A stretch of DNA of 64,000 nucleotides, taken from IMG/VR virus record IMGVR_UViG_3300005662_000036, positions 1 to 64,000 of that record; one strand, given 5' to 3'. Numbering within the stretch: position 1 is the stretch's first letter; every line of letters starts with the position of its first letter. The position numbers and the translations under genes are program-made. Source of the DNA: a virus (Duplodnaviria; Caudoviricetes). Under the pieces are notes generated by a model. The model ran no database searches. It was given only the letters and a program-made list of their open reading frames with translations, and was not told the DNA's origin. Positions 28,071 to 37,680 of the stretch are shown piece by piece.

Positions 28071-29186
28071 ATGCCAGGTTTGTCTCATTTATTACCCGCT
28101 AATGTTGAAGAAACAGACGGCTTTCCTACAGCTACTAATCAAAGTCTCAACATATCAGACGTACAAAGCTTACCAAATACGTTTGATCAATTGACTGGAA
28201 AAAAAAAATATATAGACGTGCTTAAAACACATTCGTGGACTGCTTCTCCCATTGAAAAAATAATAGACGAGCTGCCTTATATTGTCTTACAAGAACAACG
28301 CAACAATGAAAGTGCGGTTTGGAGAGCTGTAGAATTTTATGTTGGACAAAGCATATCAACAGCAGCAACAGGAACCGCGGATACGGGTGGTAGTATAGTA
28401 AATACTGTTCAATCTTGGTTTGGTGGCGGTGACGAAACAAACAGAAAAATCCCAACAAAAAACATTTTAGAAGTTTACGATTCAATGTTTCCTAATGTTC
28501 CAACTGGGTTGACGTTTAAACTTCCGTTCTTTACTAAACAATATGTTAATTTATCAACTCCCGAATGGAACGAAATGAAGGGCTTGACGGAAGCTATTGG
28601 TGCGACAGCTTCTCTTGCATCTAATTTATTAACTAATCCTTTAATAGCACTTAGATATCCAAAAGCTCAAGTTGTTGGATGGGGGATTAAGGCTTTGCAA
28701 GAAGCTGGAGGGTTGTTTACAGGAGCAGGAAAAACTGCTTTAAAATCCGTATATCCGGTTGTTGGAATAAAAGATAGACCTCGATATTTTTCTCATCATG
28801 GAAATAGAACAATTACAATTGAGTTTCCTCTTTATAATACACTTAATTCTTCTGATTGGGAAAAAAATAAAACTTTGATTGATATTTTTTTATCTCAAAA
28901 CCTTTATTCGAAACGGGATTATATAACAGGCACTCCACCTTGTTATTATAGAGTGCATGCTCCAGGACAATATTTTTGCTATGCAGCTAGCTTAGCTAGT
29001 CTTCAAGTTAAAAATTTAGGCAACGTACGACTAATGGAAACTACAGATGGTAAAAGAGTTCCAGTTCCTGATGCTTACCAAGTTTCTATTATGTTAAATG
29101 AGATGGTCATGCCTTCTCTAAATCAACATCAAGCTTTGTTTACAGGAGATGCTGAGTCTGCTATTGATTCGACTTTGAAATTTTAA
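28071..29186 (+). CDS. baseplate tail-tube cap/initiator-like protein (gp48-like), paralog 1
   Basis: TITIEFPLYNT, PPCYYRVHAPGQ, VPDAYQVSIMLNEMVMPS; position before gp53. Confidence 0.55.
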   Translation: MPGLSHLLPANVEETDGFPTATNQSLNISDVQSLPNTFDQLTGKKKYIDVLKTHSWTASPIEKIIDELPYIVLQEQRNNESAVWRAVEFYVGQSISTAATGTADTGGSIVNTVQSWFGGGDETNRKIPTKNILEVYDSMFPNVPTGLTFKLPFFTKQYVNLSTPEWNEMKGLTEAIGATASLASNLLTNPLIALRYPKAQVVGWGIKALQEAGGLFTGAGKTALKSVYPVVGIKDRPRYFSHHGNRTITIEFPLYNTLNSSDWEKNKTLIDIFLSQNLYSKRDYITGTPPCYYRVHAPGQYFCYAASLASLQVKNLGNVRLMETTDGKRVPVPDAYQVSIMLNEMVMPSLNQHQALFTGDAESAIDSTLKF

Positions 29187-29199
29187 TTAATCACGACTT

Positions 29200-30306
29200 A
29201 TGTTACCTATTATTTCAATTTCATCTGTTCCAGAAGCTACTACAAAAACAGTAAGCGAGAGATTAACTGAGCTCTACGATTCGACGTTGAGTCCTACTCT
29301 TGATCCTAAAGATTTAGGCAGCTTACCTTATAGCTTTGATAAGAGAGATAATTCGCAAGAAATAGTTAATATACTCCAAAATTATCCTTGGACTGTTACA
29401 AACGACAGAACCGACATTCCTTTTATAGTATTAAAAGAACATAGAAACACATCTTCAACTCTCGCAAGAATGTCTCAGTTTTATGGATACGGCTCGCAAT
29501 TGTGGGAGTCAACATCTGGATTTGTAGAAGACGCTGCATCTAAAATAGGACAAGCTGCTGGCATTGCTGATACTCCTTCAAACGTATCAGCAAACATACT
29601 TGAAACGTACGAAGAGATTTTTCCAAACTGTCCCACAGGATATCGATATATTTTTCCGTATTTTCCTGATATGTATGTAGAACTCAACACTCCTGAATGG
29701 AATAGACCAAATAAATTCAGTCAAAGTGTAAGGGAAGGAGCAACAACAATTGGAAGCTTAGCCTCACGTCGAGGTCAAAACAAGACTGGAGATCCAAATT
29801 TTCATAGTAGTTTAGAATTACTAGCTCCCGCATTTGATGCTATAACAGGATTAGGAACAGCGGCTCATCACGCATTTTACCCCGTTGCTGGCATTCAAGA
29901 TACTCCTAGAATTTTTACTCAACATTCTTTGAGAACAATTACTATACAATTTCCATTGTACAATACTTTAAATGAAACACATTGGGAAATAAACAAAAAA
30001 TTTATTGATGTATTTTTAATGCAAAATTTATTTGCTAAAAGAAATTTTATTACAGGATCTCCACCTTGTTATTATAGAGTACATGCTCCAGGACAATATT
30101 TTTGCTACGCAGCTAGTGTTGCTGAAATAGATGTAAAAAATTTGGGAAATATAAGAATGCTGGAAGACAAAAAAGGAATAAAATGTGCAATACCAGATGC
30201 ATATCAAGTAAGTATTACATTAAATGAAATGGTAATGCCTTCGCTCAATCAGCAAAAAGCAATAATAAAAGAAGCAGAAGAATTAGTAGAAACAAGCTTT
30301 AAATAA
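29200..30306 (+). CDS. baseplate tail-tube cap/initiator-like protein (gp48-like), paralog 2
   Basis: Clear paralog of 28071-29186 (TITIQFPLYNTLN, PPCYYRVHAPGQYFCYAAS, IPDAYQVSITLNEMVMPSLNQ). Confidence 0.55.
   Translation: MLPIISISSVPEATTKTVSERLTELYDSTLSPTLDPKDLGSLPYSFDKRDNSQEIVNILQNYPWTVTNDRTDIPFIVLKEHRNTSSTLARMSQFYGYGSQLWESTSGFVEDAASKIGQAAGIADTPSNVSANILETYEEIFPNCPTGYRYIFPYFPDMYVELNTPEWNRPNKFSQSVREGATTIGSLASRRGQNKTGDPNFHSSLELLAPAFDAITGLGTAAHHAFYPVAGIQDTPRIFTQHSLRTITIQFPLYNTLNETHWEINKKFIDVFLMQNLFAKRNFITGSPPCYYRVHAPGQYFCYAASVAEIDVKNLGNIRMLEDKKGIKCAIPDAYQVSITLNEMVMPSLNQQKAIIKEAEELVETSFK
30300..30305 (+). promoter_or_regulatory. TAAATA late-promoter-like motif
   Basis: 5 nt before ATG 30311. 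Confidence 0.5.
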
Positions 30307-30310
30307 TATA

Positions 30311-30658
30311 ATGAAGCAAAACCAAATAAACGATTTGCCTAATTTGGCACCAGAAAATTTTGAAAATATTTTCACGGTGCACTCAGATCATGATGGTAAA
30401 TATTTTTATAATTTGCTGCAAACTATTATTTTTCCACAAAACTTGCCAATTACTATGTTCGATATATATACGATTTCTCACGGAGATACTTGGCCGTTTA
30501 TTTCATATAAAGTATATAAAACAACAAACTTGTGGTGGGTTATTTTATTAGCCAATAAAATAATAAATCCTACATTAAAACCTTCTCCTGGAAAAAATTT
30601 AGCCATTCCTAAAACGAGCGTTGTTAGAGAGATTTTATCTCAAATGGAAAAAACGTAA
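30311..30658 (+). CDS. 53: baseplate wedge protein gp53-like (LysM-like)
   Basis: YTISHGDTWPFISYKVYKTTNLWWVILLANKIINP...GKNLAIPK. Confidence 0.8.
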   Translation: MKQNQINDLPNLAPENFENIFTVHSDHDGKYFYNLLQTIIFPQNLPITMFDIYTISHGDTWPFISYKVYKTTNLWWVILLANKIINPTLKPSPGKNLAIPKTSVVREILSQMEKT

Positions 30659-30659
30659 T

Positions 30660-32420
30660 ATGAATTTAGACGATTTGTTTTCTAATATAAATGCAGTAAC
30701 GGATGTTGGTGTTAGTCCACAAACTAACATGTTTAGCGATTTAAACTTAAAACAACAAAAGACAACAAACACCTTTGACTCAAATGTTATTTCACAACAA
30801 AAATACAACGAATTGTATCATGATGTTGAGTTATATTTAGACAACAGTGGCACTTTTGATGCAAGTGAAAAAACAAGATATCATATTAATCCTGCAGCAG
30901 TACTAAACCTTACAATTATAGATTCTTTTGCGAATTGGGTAAACGAAGGCAGCATGACTTTTTTATATTTACCTGATGAAGCTCCACCAAGCTCATATGG
31001 AGGTCAAACATCAAACGCTCAACTTAAAGCTGCAAAACAGAACGCTTCTCTGCTCAAAGCTTATCAGTTTAGAGGAGATGGGTTCGACTTGCTTAAAATC
31101 AAGATAGTTCCTTCTACTCAAAAAGAAAGTCCTCTGAACACATCTTTAAATATAAATCCTAATGATCCGAATTGGATTTTGACTTTTTTATTTTCAGTCT
31201 ATGATATAGAGGATTTAGGTGAAGTTCCTGACATTGAAGGGTTACCGTCAACATATTTAAAATGCTTTAAACTATACTTTAGAGACATTAGACATCATTT
31301 GCTAAACACAGTAAATCTACAATATTCTACTGCTTTGTCGAAAAGATACAGACCTAACTTTTTTTCTGGGTTGGCTAACGAAGGTGTATTAAAAGTCGGA
31401 GACGCTATGCTAGACGTTTATAATAGTGCAATTGAAAAGTTTGGTCTGGGTGCCACTCTAGAGTTTGGGTATCCTTCAAAATCTAGCTCAAAATGGGATA
31501 AAGGAGGAAATAGTATATTTTATACTTCTCCTGCAACCTTTAGTGCGCTCGAAGATTTGGAATATTTATATGCACATCACGTAAGTGCTACTTTTATCGA
31601 AAACACTAAAATAAATGATTTTTGCGTGCTACATACTGAGAGAAACAAAACTCCTGGGTTGTTCGATGAGCTGTGTTTAACGCCTCTAAGTGAGTTTTTC
31701 AGCAAAGCTGGAAGCAGTTCTCCAGGAGAGCTACAGTTAGAACACTTTTTTGTTACTACATTTGCAACAGAGAAGAGTACAATATCTAATAGCTATAAAG
31801 CACCAATAGCTCAAGGAGACAAGGTAGATTTAAAAACAACCAAATACGGACAAATATTATCTTACAGTTTTGTTGATATGTCACCTGAAATGAACAACAA
31901 TTTGTTTATTACAACTCCTGTGTGTTCTGTTGATATAGCAAACAGAGTGTTTTCTACTCAATTCACAAACAATACCGTACAGGCAGCAAAAAAAGTAATA
32001 AGCAACTCATATATTTCGAAGTTGATGCACAGAGGAGGCAATCCCGAAAAATTATTTTTACCTACTTTGCACTCAACAAAAAAAAGCATAAATGTTTTTC
32101 CTACTTTTAGTTTAAACGGAGATAGTAAAATTACAAGACAAAGAAATGGAATACATCAATTAATATACACCGGTCTTTTTCAAAATGCCGGTATTTGTTT
32201 TACAGTGTTAGGTTTAACATTAAGACAAGCAGGAACATTTATAGCGATTGATCGTTTGCGTGGAAGCAAAGATAGTGATTATAATAATAAACTTTACGGC
32301 CAGTGGTTTGTTTTAAAAGTTGAACACGCATTTGAAGGAGGTAATTATATTAATAGAATTTACGCTGTTAAAACGCATAGATATAAAGAATTATCCATAA
32401 AATTTCCAGAAACAATATAA
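30660..32420 (+). CDS. baseplate hub protein (gp27/gp44/VgrG-N-like)
   Basis: ATG 30660 preferred. C-terminal FTVLGLTLRQAGTFIAID...GQWFVLKVEHAFEGGNYINRIYAVK is typical of the hub fold; follows gp53. Confidence 0.7.
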   Translation: MNLDDLFSNINAVTDVGVSPQTNMFSDLNLKQQKTTNTFDSNVISQQKYNELYHDVELYLDNSGTFDASEKTRYHINPAAVLNLTIIDSFANWVNEGSMTFLYLPDEAPPSSYGGQTSNAQLKAAKQNASLLKAYQFRGDGFDLLKIKIVPSTQKESPLNTSLNINPNDPNWILTFLFSVYDIEDLGEVPDIEGLPSTYLKCFKLYFRDIRHHLLNTVNLQYSTALSKRYRPNFFSGLANEGVLKVGDAMLDVYNSAIEKFGLGATLEFGYPSKSSSKWDKGGNSIFYTSPATFSALEDLEYLYAHHVSATFIENTKINDFCVLHTERNKTPGLFDELCLTPLSEFFSKAGSSSPGELQLEHFFVTTFATEKSTISNSYKAPIAQGDKVDLKTTKYGQILSYSFVDMSPEMNNNLFITTPVCSVDIANRVFSTQFTNNTVQAAKKVISNSYISKLMHRGGNPEKLFLPTLHSTKKSINVFPTFSLNGDSKITRQRNGIHQLIYTGLFQNAGICFTVLGLTLRQAGTFIAIDRLRGSKDSDYNNKLYGQWFVLKVEHAFEGGNYINRIYAVKTHRYKELSIKFPETI

Positions 32421-32421
32421 G

Positions 32422-32427
32422 TAAATA
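32422..32427 (+). promoter_or_regulatory. TAAATA motif
   Basis: 1 nt before ATG 32429, unusually close. Confidence 0.3.
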
Positions 32428-32428
32428 T

Positions 32429-32692
32429 ATGAAACAAATTAAAGTGCTCAACGAAAATGGAAAATTCGTAGGTTATATTGTTGAAAACGACGAAGTTGTG
32501 TTCACAACTGAGCCACAAAATAGCCCAAACGAAGCTTCTCAACTATTAACTCAACATATTAGAGGTTCATCTGCCACTCCGAATTTTATACCAGGAGAAA
32601 GACCTTTACCAAAACCAGCACCTGCAACAGAAGTTGCACCTACTATTGCTCAGCCAGCACCTAGACGCTGTGGAGCATGCGGAGGAAGATAA
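32429..32692 (+). CDS. small hypothetical protein with C-terminal CGACGG
   Basis: 87 aa, Pro-rich linker, ends RRCGACGGR. Confidence 0.65.
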   Translation: MKQIKVLNENGKFVGYIVENDEVVFTTEPQNSPNEASQLLTQHIRGSSATPNFIPGERPLPKPAPATEVAPTIAQPAPRRCGACGGR

Positions 32693-32693
32693 A

Positions 32694-33617
32694 TCAAATA
32701 ACTTTTGATAAGTTAATCAAAGTTGCAAAGGCATTTATTTCTTTGTCGACTACAAAGGCATCCATTTCCATGCCTTTAGAAATGATTAACATGCATTCGG
32801 TTTTCTTTTCGCTTGATAAATTAGATTCGTAAACTATTTCGAAAAGTTGTTTGAGGAGATTTCTATAGTCACTTGAAAATTCTTTTTCGTTTTCAATAAT
32901 TTCTTTTCTTAAACTTGTTAGGTTGCATTTTTCGTTTAAGCGTTTAAAAATGATTGAAACGAACCCAAAACATTCTTCAGATTTGATGACTAGTTTACCT
33001 GTTACTGAAAATTTTTGAATATCATTTATAATTCTTCTGACATCCGGTAAATTTTTTTTAATATGATTAAGCAAAAGAAATTTTTGATTTTCCTCGATTG
33101 TGATATTTTCTTTGTTTAATATCTCTTTAATTCGATAAACAACGCCTTCGATAGGAGGAGTTAAATTAAAAATTTGTGTTCTACTTTGTAGAGCAGGAAT
33201 AATTTTAAACAAATAATTGCACGTAATAATAAACCGAGTGTTTTGAGAAAATTCTTCAATAATGTTTCTTAAAGCTTTTTGTGCATCTAAAGAAATTTGA
33301 TCTCCCTCGTCAAGCAAAACTACTTTTAATTTACCATCAAGTGCTTTAGTTTTAGCAAATCCAGCAATTTTTCCTCTAATTGTATCTATGCCATTTTCAT
33401 CTGATGCATTGAGATAAAGATATTGGCAATCTAAAATATCATTTACAATAATTTTAGCAAGACTAGTTTTACCAGAACCTTGAATTCCAGAAAATAAAAG
33501 ATGAGGGATTTCTTGCTTTTTCTTTATATTTTCAAAAAAAGCTCTATCATCATCAGATAATACTATTTCCTGTAAAGTTAGTGGTCTGTACTTTTCAACA
33601 AGTAAATTATTAAACAT
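32694..33617 (-). CDS. 44: sliding-clamp loader ATPase subunit (T4 gp44 / RFC small subunit)
   Basis: VEKYRPLTL, HLLFSGIQGSGKTS (Walker A), LNASDENGIDTIR, LLDEGD, AQKALR, ALQSR. Confidence 0.95.
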   Translation of the reverse strand: MFNNLLVEKYRPLTLQEIVLSDDDRAFFENIKKKQEIPHLLFSGIQGSGKTSLAKIIVNDILDCQYLYLNASDENGIDTIRGKIAGFAKTKALDGKLKVVLLDEGDQISLDAQKALRNIIEEFSQNTRFIITCNYLFKIIPALQSRTQIFNLTPPIEGVVYRIKEILNKENITIEENQKFLLLNHIKKNLPDVRRIINDIQKFSVTGKLVIKSEECFGFVSIIFKRLNEKCNLTSLRKEIIENEKEFSSDYRNLLKQLFEIVYESNLSSEKKTECMLIISKGMEMDAFVVDKEINAFATLINLSKVI

Positions 33618-33645
33618 TATAATATGTTTTATTAATCAATGCAAC

Positions 33646-34167
33646 TCAGTTATATTTTTTATCATGCTGCTTGTGATTTCCGTAATCTCCGTCATATTTA
33701 GTCAGCATTTCTGCATCAAATAACAAAAATTGTCCAACTCTTGTTCCTTTTTTAATTCTAGCTAAACCAACATTTACATGCAAACATCCAGCCATAACTC
33801 CACCAACGCATTCGTTTGTTTTAGTATCGATTCCATAAAAGCTGTCATAGTTTCCTGAAGTAAGAAAGCAACCTGCTCTATTTAAAGTGCTACGGACAAT
33901 TACCCAACCAGCTTCATTCTCTCCAATACTGACTTGGTTGAGCATTGTTACTTCATAACTGCCTGGAGTTAAATTAAAATAACCTTCTTGATCTGGCGTA
34001 ATTTCTTTAGTTTCTCTGTGTTTTTTATGTTCGTCGGAAATTTCAAATGTTGTAGGTAAGATTTCGAATACTTTATCTAATCTAAGATCAACAGCATTTG
34101 GCTGGCAATCTCCTTCAAGAACGTTCGTTAGCTTGCTTCTAGAATTTGAGCCTAATATATGTTTCAT
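33646..34167 (-). CDS. dut: trimeric dUTPase / dCTP deaminase family protein
   Basis: QPNAVDLRL, IVRSTLNRAG, GNYDSFY, KKGTRVGQFL, YDGDYG. Confidence 0.8.
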   Translation of the reverse strand: MKHILGSNSRSKLTNVLEGDCQPNAVDLRLDKVFEILPTTFEISDEHKKHRETKEITPDQEGYFNLTPGSYEVTMLNQVSIGENEAGWVIVRSTLNRAGCFLTSGNYDSFYGIDTKTNECVGGVMAGCLHVNVGLARIKKGTRVGQFLLFDAEMLTKYDGDYGNHKQHDKKYN

Positions 34168-34175
34168 GAAGTCAA

Positions 34176-34346
34176 TTATTCTGTTTCAGTAATCAAATAA
34201 ACAGGCTCTCCTCCGTCTTTTGTATGCTCTTTGATGAATGTTGGAGCATGAGCTACTTTCATTGCATTTGCTTCTAGCCATTGAATAAGAGCAGGTTCTC
34301 TGTCGGCAGGCACGACGTAATTTCCGTTTGTGGTATTAATAATCAT
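34176..34346 (-). CDS. small hypothetical protein (absent from the ORF track)
   Basis: My translation: MIINTTNGNYVVPADREPALIQWLEANAMKVAHAPTFIKEHTKDGGEPVYLITETE* (56 aa), filling the gap upstream of dut. Confidence 0.65.
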   Translation of the reverse strand: MIINTTNGNYVVPADREPALIQWLEANAMKVAHAPTFIKEHTKDGGEPVYLITETE

Positions 34347-34353
34347 GTAAAAA

Positions 34354-34381
34354 AGTTTACTTTGTTTTCTAATACAATCAA
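34354..34381 (-). promoter_or_regulatory. sigma70-like promoter candidate for the dut/gp44 unit
   Basis: TTGATT-16 nt-TAAACT on the - strand, 7 nt before ATG 34346. Confidence 0.35.
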
Positions 34382-34387
34382 CTGTGA

Positions 34388-34393
34388 TAAATA
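34388..34393 (+). promoter_or_regulatory. TAAATA late-promoter-like motif
   Basis: 7 nt before ATG 34401. Confidence 0.55.
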
Positions 34394-34400
34394 GATAAAA

Positions 34401-34874
34401 ATGGACGAAGATATTTCTACACTTTTAGATGAAATTACAGGATTTTCTGTTCCCACGTCTTATACTCAAAAATCTTCTTCTGAGGAGACCGTGTTAAATA
34501 AAGAAGATGCTGCACAATATTTTCTTAATAAAACAAAGGCTATTATTGATGCTGGAGTGGGTGCAATACAAGATTTAACGTGTTCAGTTGTACAAGGAGG
34601 CGATTCAAGAGAAGTAGATGCATTATCAAAACTTTTGCAATCTACTGCTGGAGCATTAGATGTCCTCAACAGAGGGTCTCTTATCGATAAAAAGGCGGAC
34701 AGAGACGAACAGTTAGAAAAAATCAAAATAGAAGCAAAAAAAGAAATAGCACAACTAAAAGGTCCAAATCAAAAGCACATAACAAATAATGTTTTAGTAG
34801 CTTCAAGAGAAGATATTATGAAAAAAATAGCTAAAGGACAGACGGAAGAAATTTTCAAACTGCAAGATAAATAA
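34401..34874 (+). CDS. 16: terminase small subunit (T4 gp16-like)
   Basis: Helical 157 aa; DSREVDALSKLLQST and the C-terminal ITNNVLVASREDIMK match the gp16 NNxxVxSxxEL pattern. Confidence 0.7.
   Translation: MDEDISTLLDEITGFSVPTSYTQKSSSEETVLNKEDAAQYFLNKTKAIIDAGVGAIQDLTCSVVQGGDSREVDALSKLLQSTAGALDVLNRGSLIDKKADRDEQLEKIKIEAKKEIAQLKGPNQKHITNNVLVASREDIMKKIAKGQTEEIFKLQDK
34868..34873 (+). promoter_or_regulatory. TAAATA late-promoter-like motif
   Basis: 6 nt before ATG 34880. Confidence 0.55.
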
Positions 34875-34879
34875 TACTC

Positions 34880-37141
34880 ATGCCCAGTCCCGTCGATTTA
34901 AATAATGTCTCATCAATTCCAGGAGAAGAGTGTATTGGAGATTCGAGAGAGCGCATTAATTATAACATTGATCTGCTTAAACAAGCCATTGAAAATATAA
35001 ATGGATCATTGGTAGTTTCTGGTGGCGGAGCTATTGGAGGTGGCGTTGCGACATCAACGTGTTGTGTGGATTTAGAAGCTAAGCTTTTAACGTTGAGTGC
35101 AGATTTTACTAATATTTCTCAAGTAACGGCTTTATCGCTAATAACCGAATTGAGCTCTCAAACAGCCAGCTTAAGTTCAACTTTAACACATTTAGTTAGC
35201 TCTACTGCTTTTTATACAAGTAGCTTAGATATTGTTAATGTCGAAAATAATAGTGGAATTTCATTAAAAATAAGAAACGACGAGAACATTACAAGTTATC
35301 ACATTGGAGCTGATAACTCCATAGAATATATAAAAACCGAGTCGCTAAAACCTATAAATTCTACGCTTATTTCAAATTATAACTTACAAGATTTTTCTAA
35401 TATCGATTTTTATAATTTTCCTTATACTCCGATTACTCCTCCGAGTGTCTCTTTTGAAGTTGTAGCCAAACAATCAACTAAACCGTCGTTAACGGTGTTT
35501 TGGATGTCTTCTGGTACGAATCCAACAACAGTGTTTGCTACTAATAGCTCTAGTAATATACAAACCCCAGGTCCGATTTCTCCAAATTCTGAAGTAAACT
35601 GCATTCATATGTCTTCTGCTTCTACAGCTTATGTTGGTGGTGATTTTACAAAAATTTCAGGAAACACGAGAAATAGATTTGCTGTGTTGGACTTGTCGAA
35701 TTCAGGAACAAATCCTTTAGGAGTTCCCTCGTTAATTCCTAGTACAACAAACCCAATTGGTCTTGCTGAAAGAAATTTTTTAAACAGCATTGCTTCTGCT
35801 GGGTTTAACGATACCGTTCGGTCTATATTAACATTCGACATTAATTCTAAAACTTATCTATGTATAGGTGGAGATTTTACGAACGTTCCTCCGTCAAATA
35901 CAGCCCCCACTGTTTTTGGTCAAAAGCTAGCAATTTTTGATGTAACTGCAGATTATGATGCAAATTACGGATATGTGTTTGATGGATCTATATATTCAAT
36001 GTTATCTGCTGGATCATATCTTTATATATCTGGAGAGTTTAATGAAGGCAAAAGAACAGATAATTCTTCCCCTACGCCAATGTGCGGTTTAGCAAGAATA
36101 GACATGACTACTCTTGATATTGACTATGTTTTTAATGACAACATTTTAAGACCGGGGTTTGGTCTAACTAATGCTGGTAAAAACTATCCGATTTATACAT
36201 TAGCTTATAGCAATGATATATTGTATTGTGGAGGAAAACATACAGCTAAGCTAGAAGTAACTGGCTCTAATTGGACTCAATACTGTATATCGGCTCATTA
36301 TACTGTTGGTACATCGTGCGGCCAAGTTTGTGACGTTAGTTGGCAACCTTATTGTGATGGTCCTGTTACTCGGTTGCTTGTAGATGAAAATGCAAAAGTC
36401 TTATATGTTGGAGGAAAGTTCAACAACTATGAAAATAAGTTAGTGCCTTCCTCTCTTACTCAAAGACAAAATTTAATGGCTTTCGACATTACAATTGCTG
36501 ATACTCCAATTTTGATAAATTCGTGGAATCCTATTTGTGATGATTCAGTTAATTGTTTAGCAATCCACGATCCCACAACTTCAACAACACCTCTTTACGT
36601 TGGAGGCTCTTTTACAACAATAAATCAACAAAACAGTAAAAATATTGCAGCTATTACTAAAGCTAATTCAAGCGGAGGAATGGCAAATTTAATGCCGGAA
36701 TGGTCTCCGACTCCTAACTCTTCGTTTGAATGGTATCACAATCCAGGAATAATTAGAATTCCTTCAATTAACCCTTTAGTTGGTGTTGTTTTACACGGCT
36801 CCTTCACTTCTATACATGATCAAAGCAGATTGTATTTGAGTAGAGTAAATGGATATAATGAAACTCTAACTCAGCCAACCTCAGCCGTTTTTTGGTCTAT
36901 TGCTGGGACAAATATTAATTCTGGATCTATTCTCAATGTGACGACTTCGTTCACTTCAATGTCTGGAGCTGCTCTTGGACCATGGCAAGTAAATGCAACA
37001 AAAGTAGAACTAGATAATTCTTCTTTACCTTGCGTAAATCGTGGAGATTTATGTAGATTTTTACTAAAGCGTCCTTGCACGAGAGACACACTTCTATCGC
37101 CGGTTTGGCTTTTAGGTGTATCGGTTGATTTTAATCATTAA
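34880..37141 (+). CDS. tail fibre/receptor-binding protein with beta-propeller, paralog 1
   Basis: N-terminal ECIGDSRERINYN docking motif and coiled coil; about seven blades with a [YL][VI]GG[DKS]F signature; C-terminal RFLLKRP...VWLLGVSVDFN. Confidence 0.65.
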   Translation: MPSPVDLNNVSSIPGEECIGDSRERINYNIDLLKQAIENINGSLVVSGGGAIGGGVATSTCCVDLEAKLLTLSADFTNISQVTALSLITELSSQTASLSSTLTHLVSSTAFYTSSLDIVNVENNSGISLKIRNDENITSYHIGADNSIEYIKTESLKPINSTLISNYNLQDFSNIDFYNFPYTPITPPSVSFEVVAKQSTKPSLTVFWMSSGTNPTTVFATNSSSNIQTPGPISPNSEVNCIHMSSASTAYVGGDFTKISGNTRNRFAVLDLSNSGTNPLGVPSLIPSTTNPIGLAERNFLNSIASAGFNDTVRSILTFDINSKTYLCIGGDFTNVPPSNTAPTVFGQKLAIFDVTADYDANYGYVFDGSIYSMLSAGSYLYISGEFNEGKRTDNSSPTPMCGLARIDMTTLDIDYVFNDNILRPGFGLTNAGKNYPIYTLAYSNDILYCGGKHTAKLEVTGSNWTQYCISAHYTVGTSCGQVCDVSWQPYCDGPVTRLLVDENAKVLYVGGKFNNYENKLVPSSLTQRQNLMAFDITIADTPILINSWNPICDDSVNCLAIHDPTTSTTPLYVGGSFTTINQQNSKNIAAITKANSSGGMANLMPEWSPTPNSSFEWYHNPGIIRIPSINPLVGVVLHGSFTSIHDQSRLYLSRVNGYNETLTQPTSAVFWSIAGTNINSGSILNVTTSFTSMSGAALGPWQVNATKVELDNSSLPCVNRGDLCRFLLKRPCTRDTLLSPVWLLGVSVDFNH

Positions 37142-37152
37142 GTAAACTGTAT

Positions 37153-37668
37153 ATGCCAGGTATTAAAATTTCATCCTTAACTCAAACAAATTTAGCAATA
37201 GGTGATGTTATTCCAGCAGCAAGAAGTGGGTTCACCATAGGAGTTCCAGCATCATTTTTTTATGATTGGTTTGCAGCGTTAACTGCTCAAATACAAACAC
37301 TGTCTACAGCTCCATTTACAGCAAACGATAGTGATACGATACTTTTGAATTATAACTCGTTTTCAAGAACGCTGTCAGCAGAGCTTGCAAACGATTTAGA
37401 TTTACGCACAAAAACTGTCCAATTGCCAGAATCAGTCGAAATACCTCCTGGATCTTTAATGTTGTTTGCTGACAACGCAGTTCCTGACGGATGGCTGCTG
37501 TGTGATGGTGGCTCAGTTGTTCCAAGTGGATTTTCAACCGTACAAGGAAAAACTGCAGATTTTACTCGGTTGCATAATGTTTTAGGCACACGATATGGAT
37601 TAATAGCAGGAACGCTACCAAATTTTCAATCTGTGTTTAATGGGTTAGACTACTGCATTAAATATTAA
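37153..37668 (+). CDS. phage tail-collar domain protein
   Basis: IPPGSLMLFADNAVPDGWLLCDG...LHNVLGTRYG...LPNF (Collar domain). Confidence 0.75.
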   Translation: MPGIKISSLTQTNLAIGDVIPAARSGFTIGVPASFFYDWFAALTAQIQTLSTAPFTANDSDTILLNYNSFSRTLSAELANDLDLRTKTVQLPESVEIPPGSLMLFADNAVPDGWLLCDGGSVVPSGFSTVQGKTADFTRLHNVLGTRYGLIAGTLPNFQSVFNGLDYCIKY

Positions 37669-37680
37669 TTATACAACACT

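Noticed and set aside
33616-33644. Perfect-looking sigma70 promoter TTGCAT-17-TATAAT on the - strand before gp44
   Set aside because: The TATAAT overlaps the gp44 ATG, so transcription would start inside the gene, and the N-terminal VEKYRP motif is needed; probably chance in AT-rich DNA.
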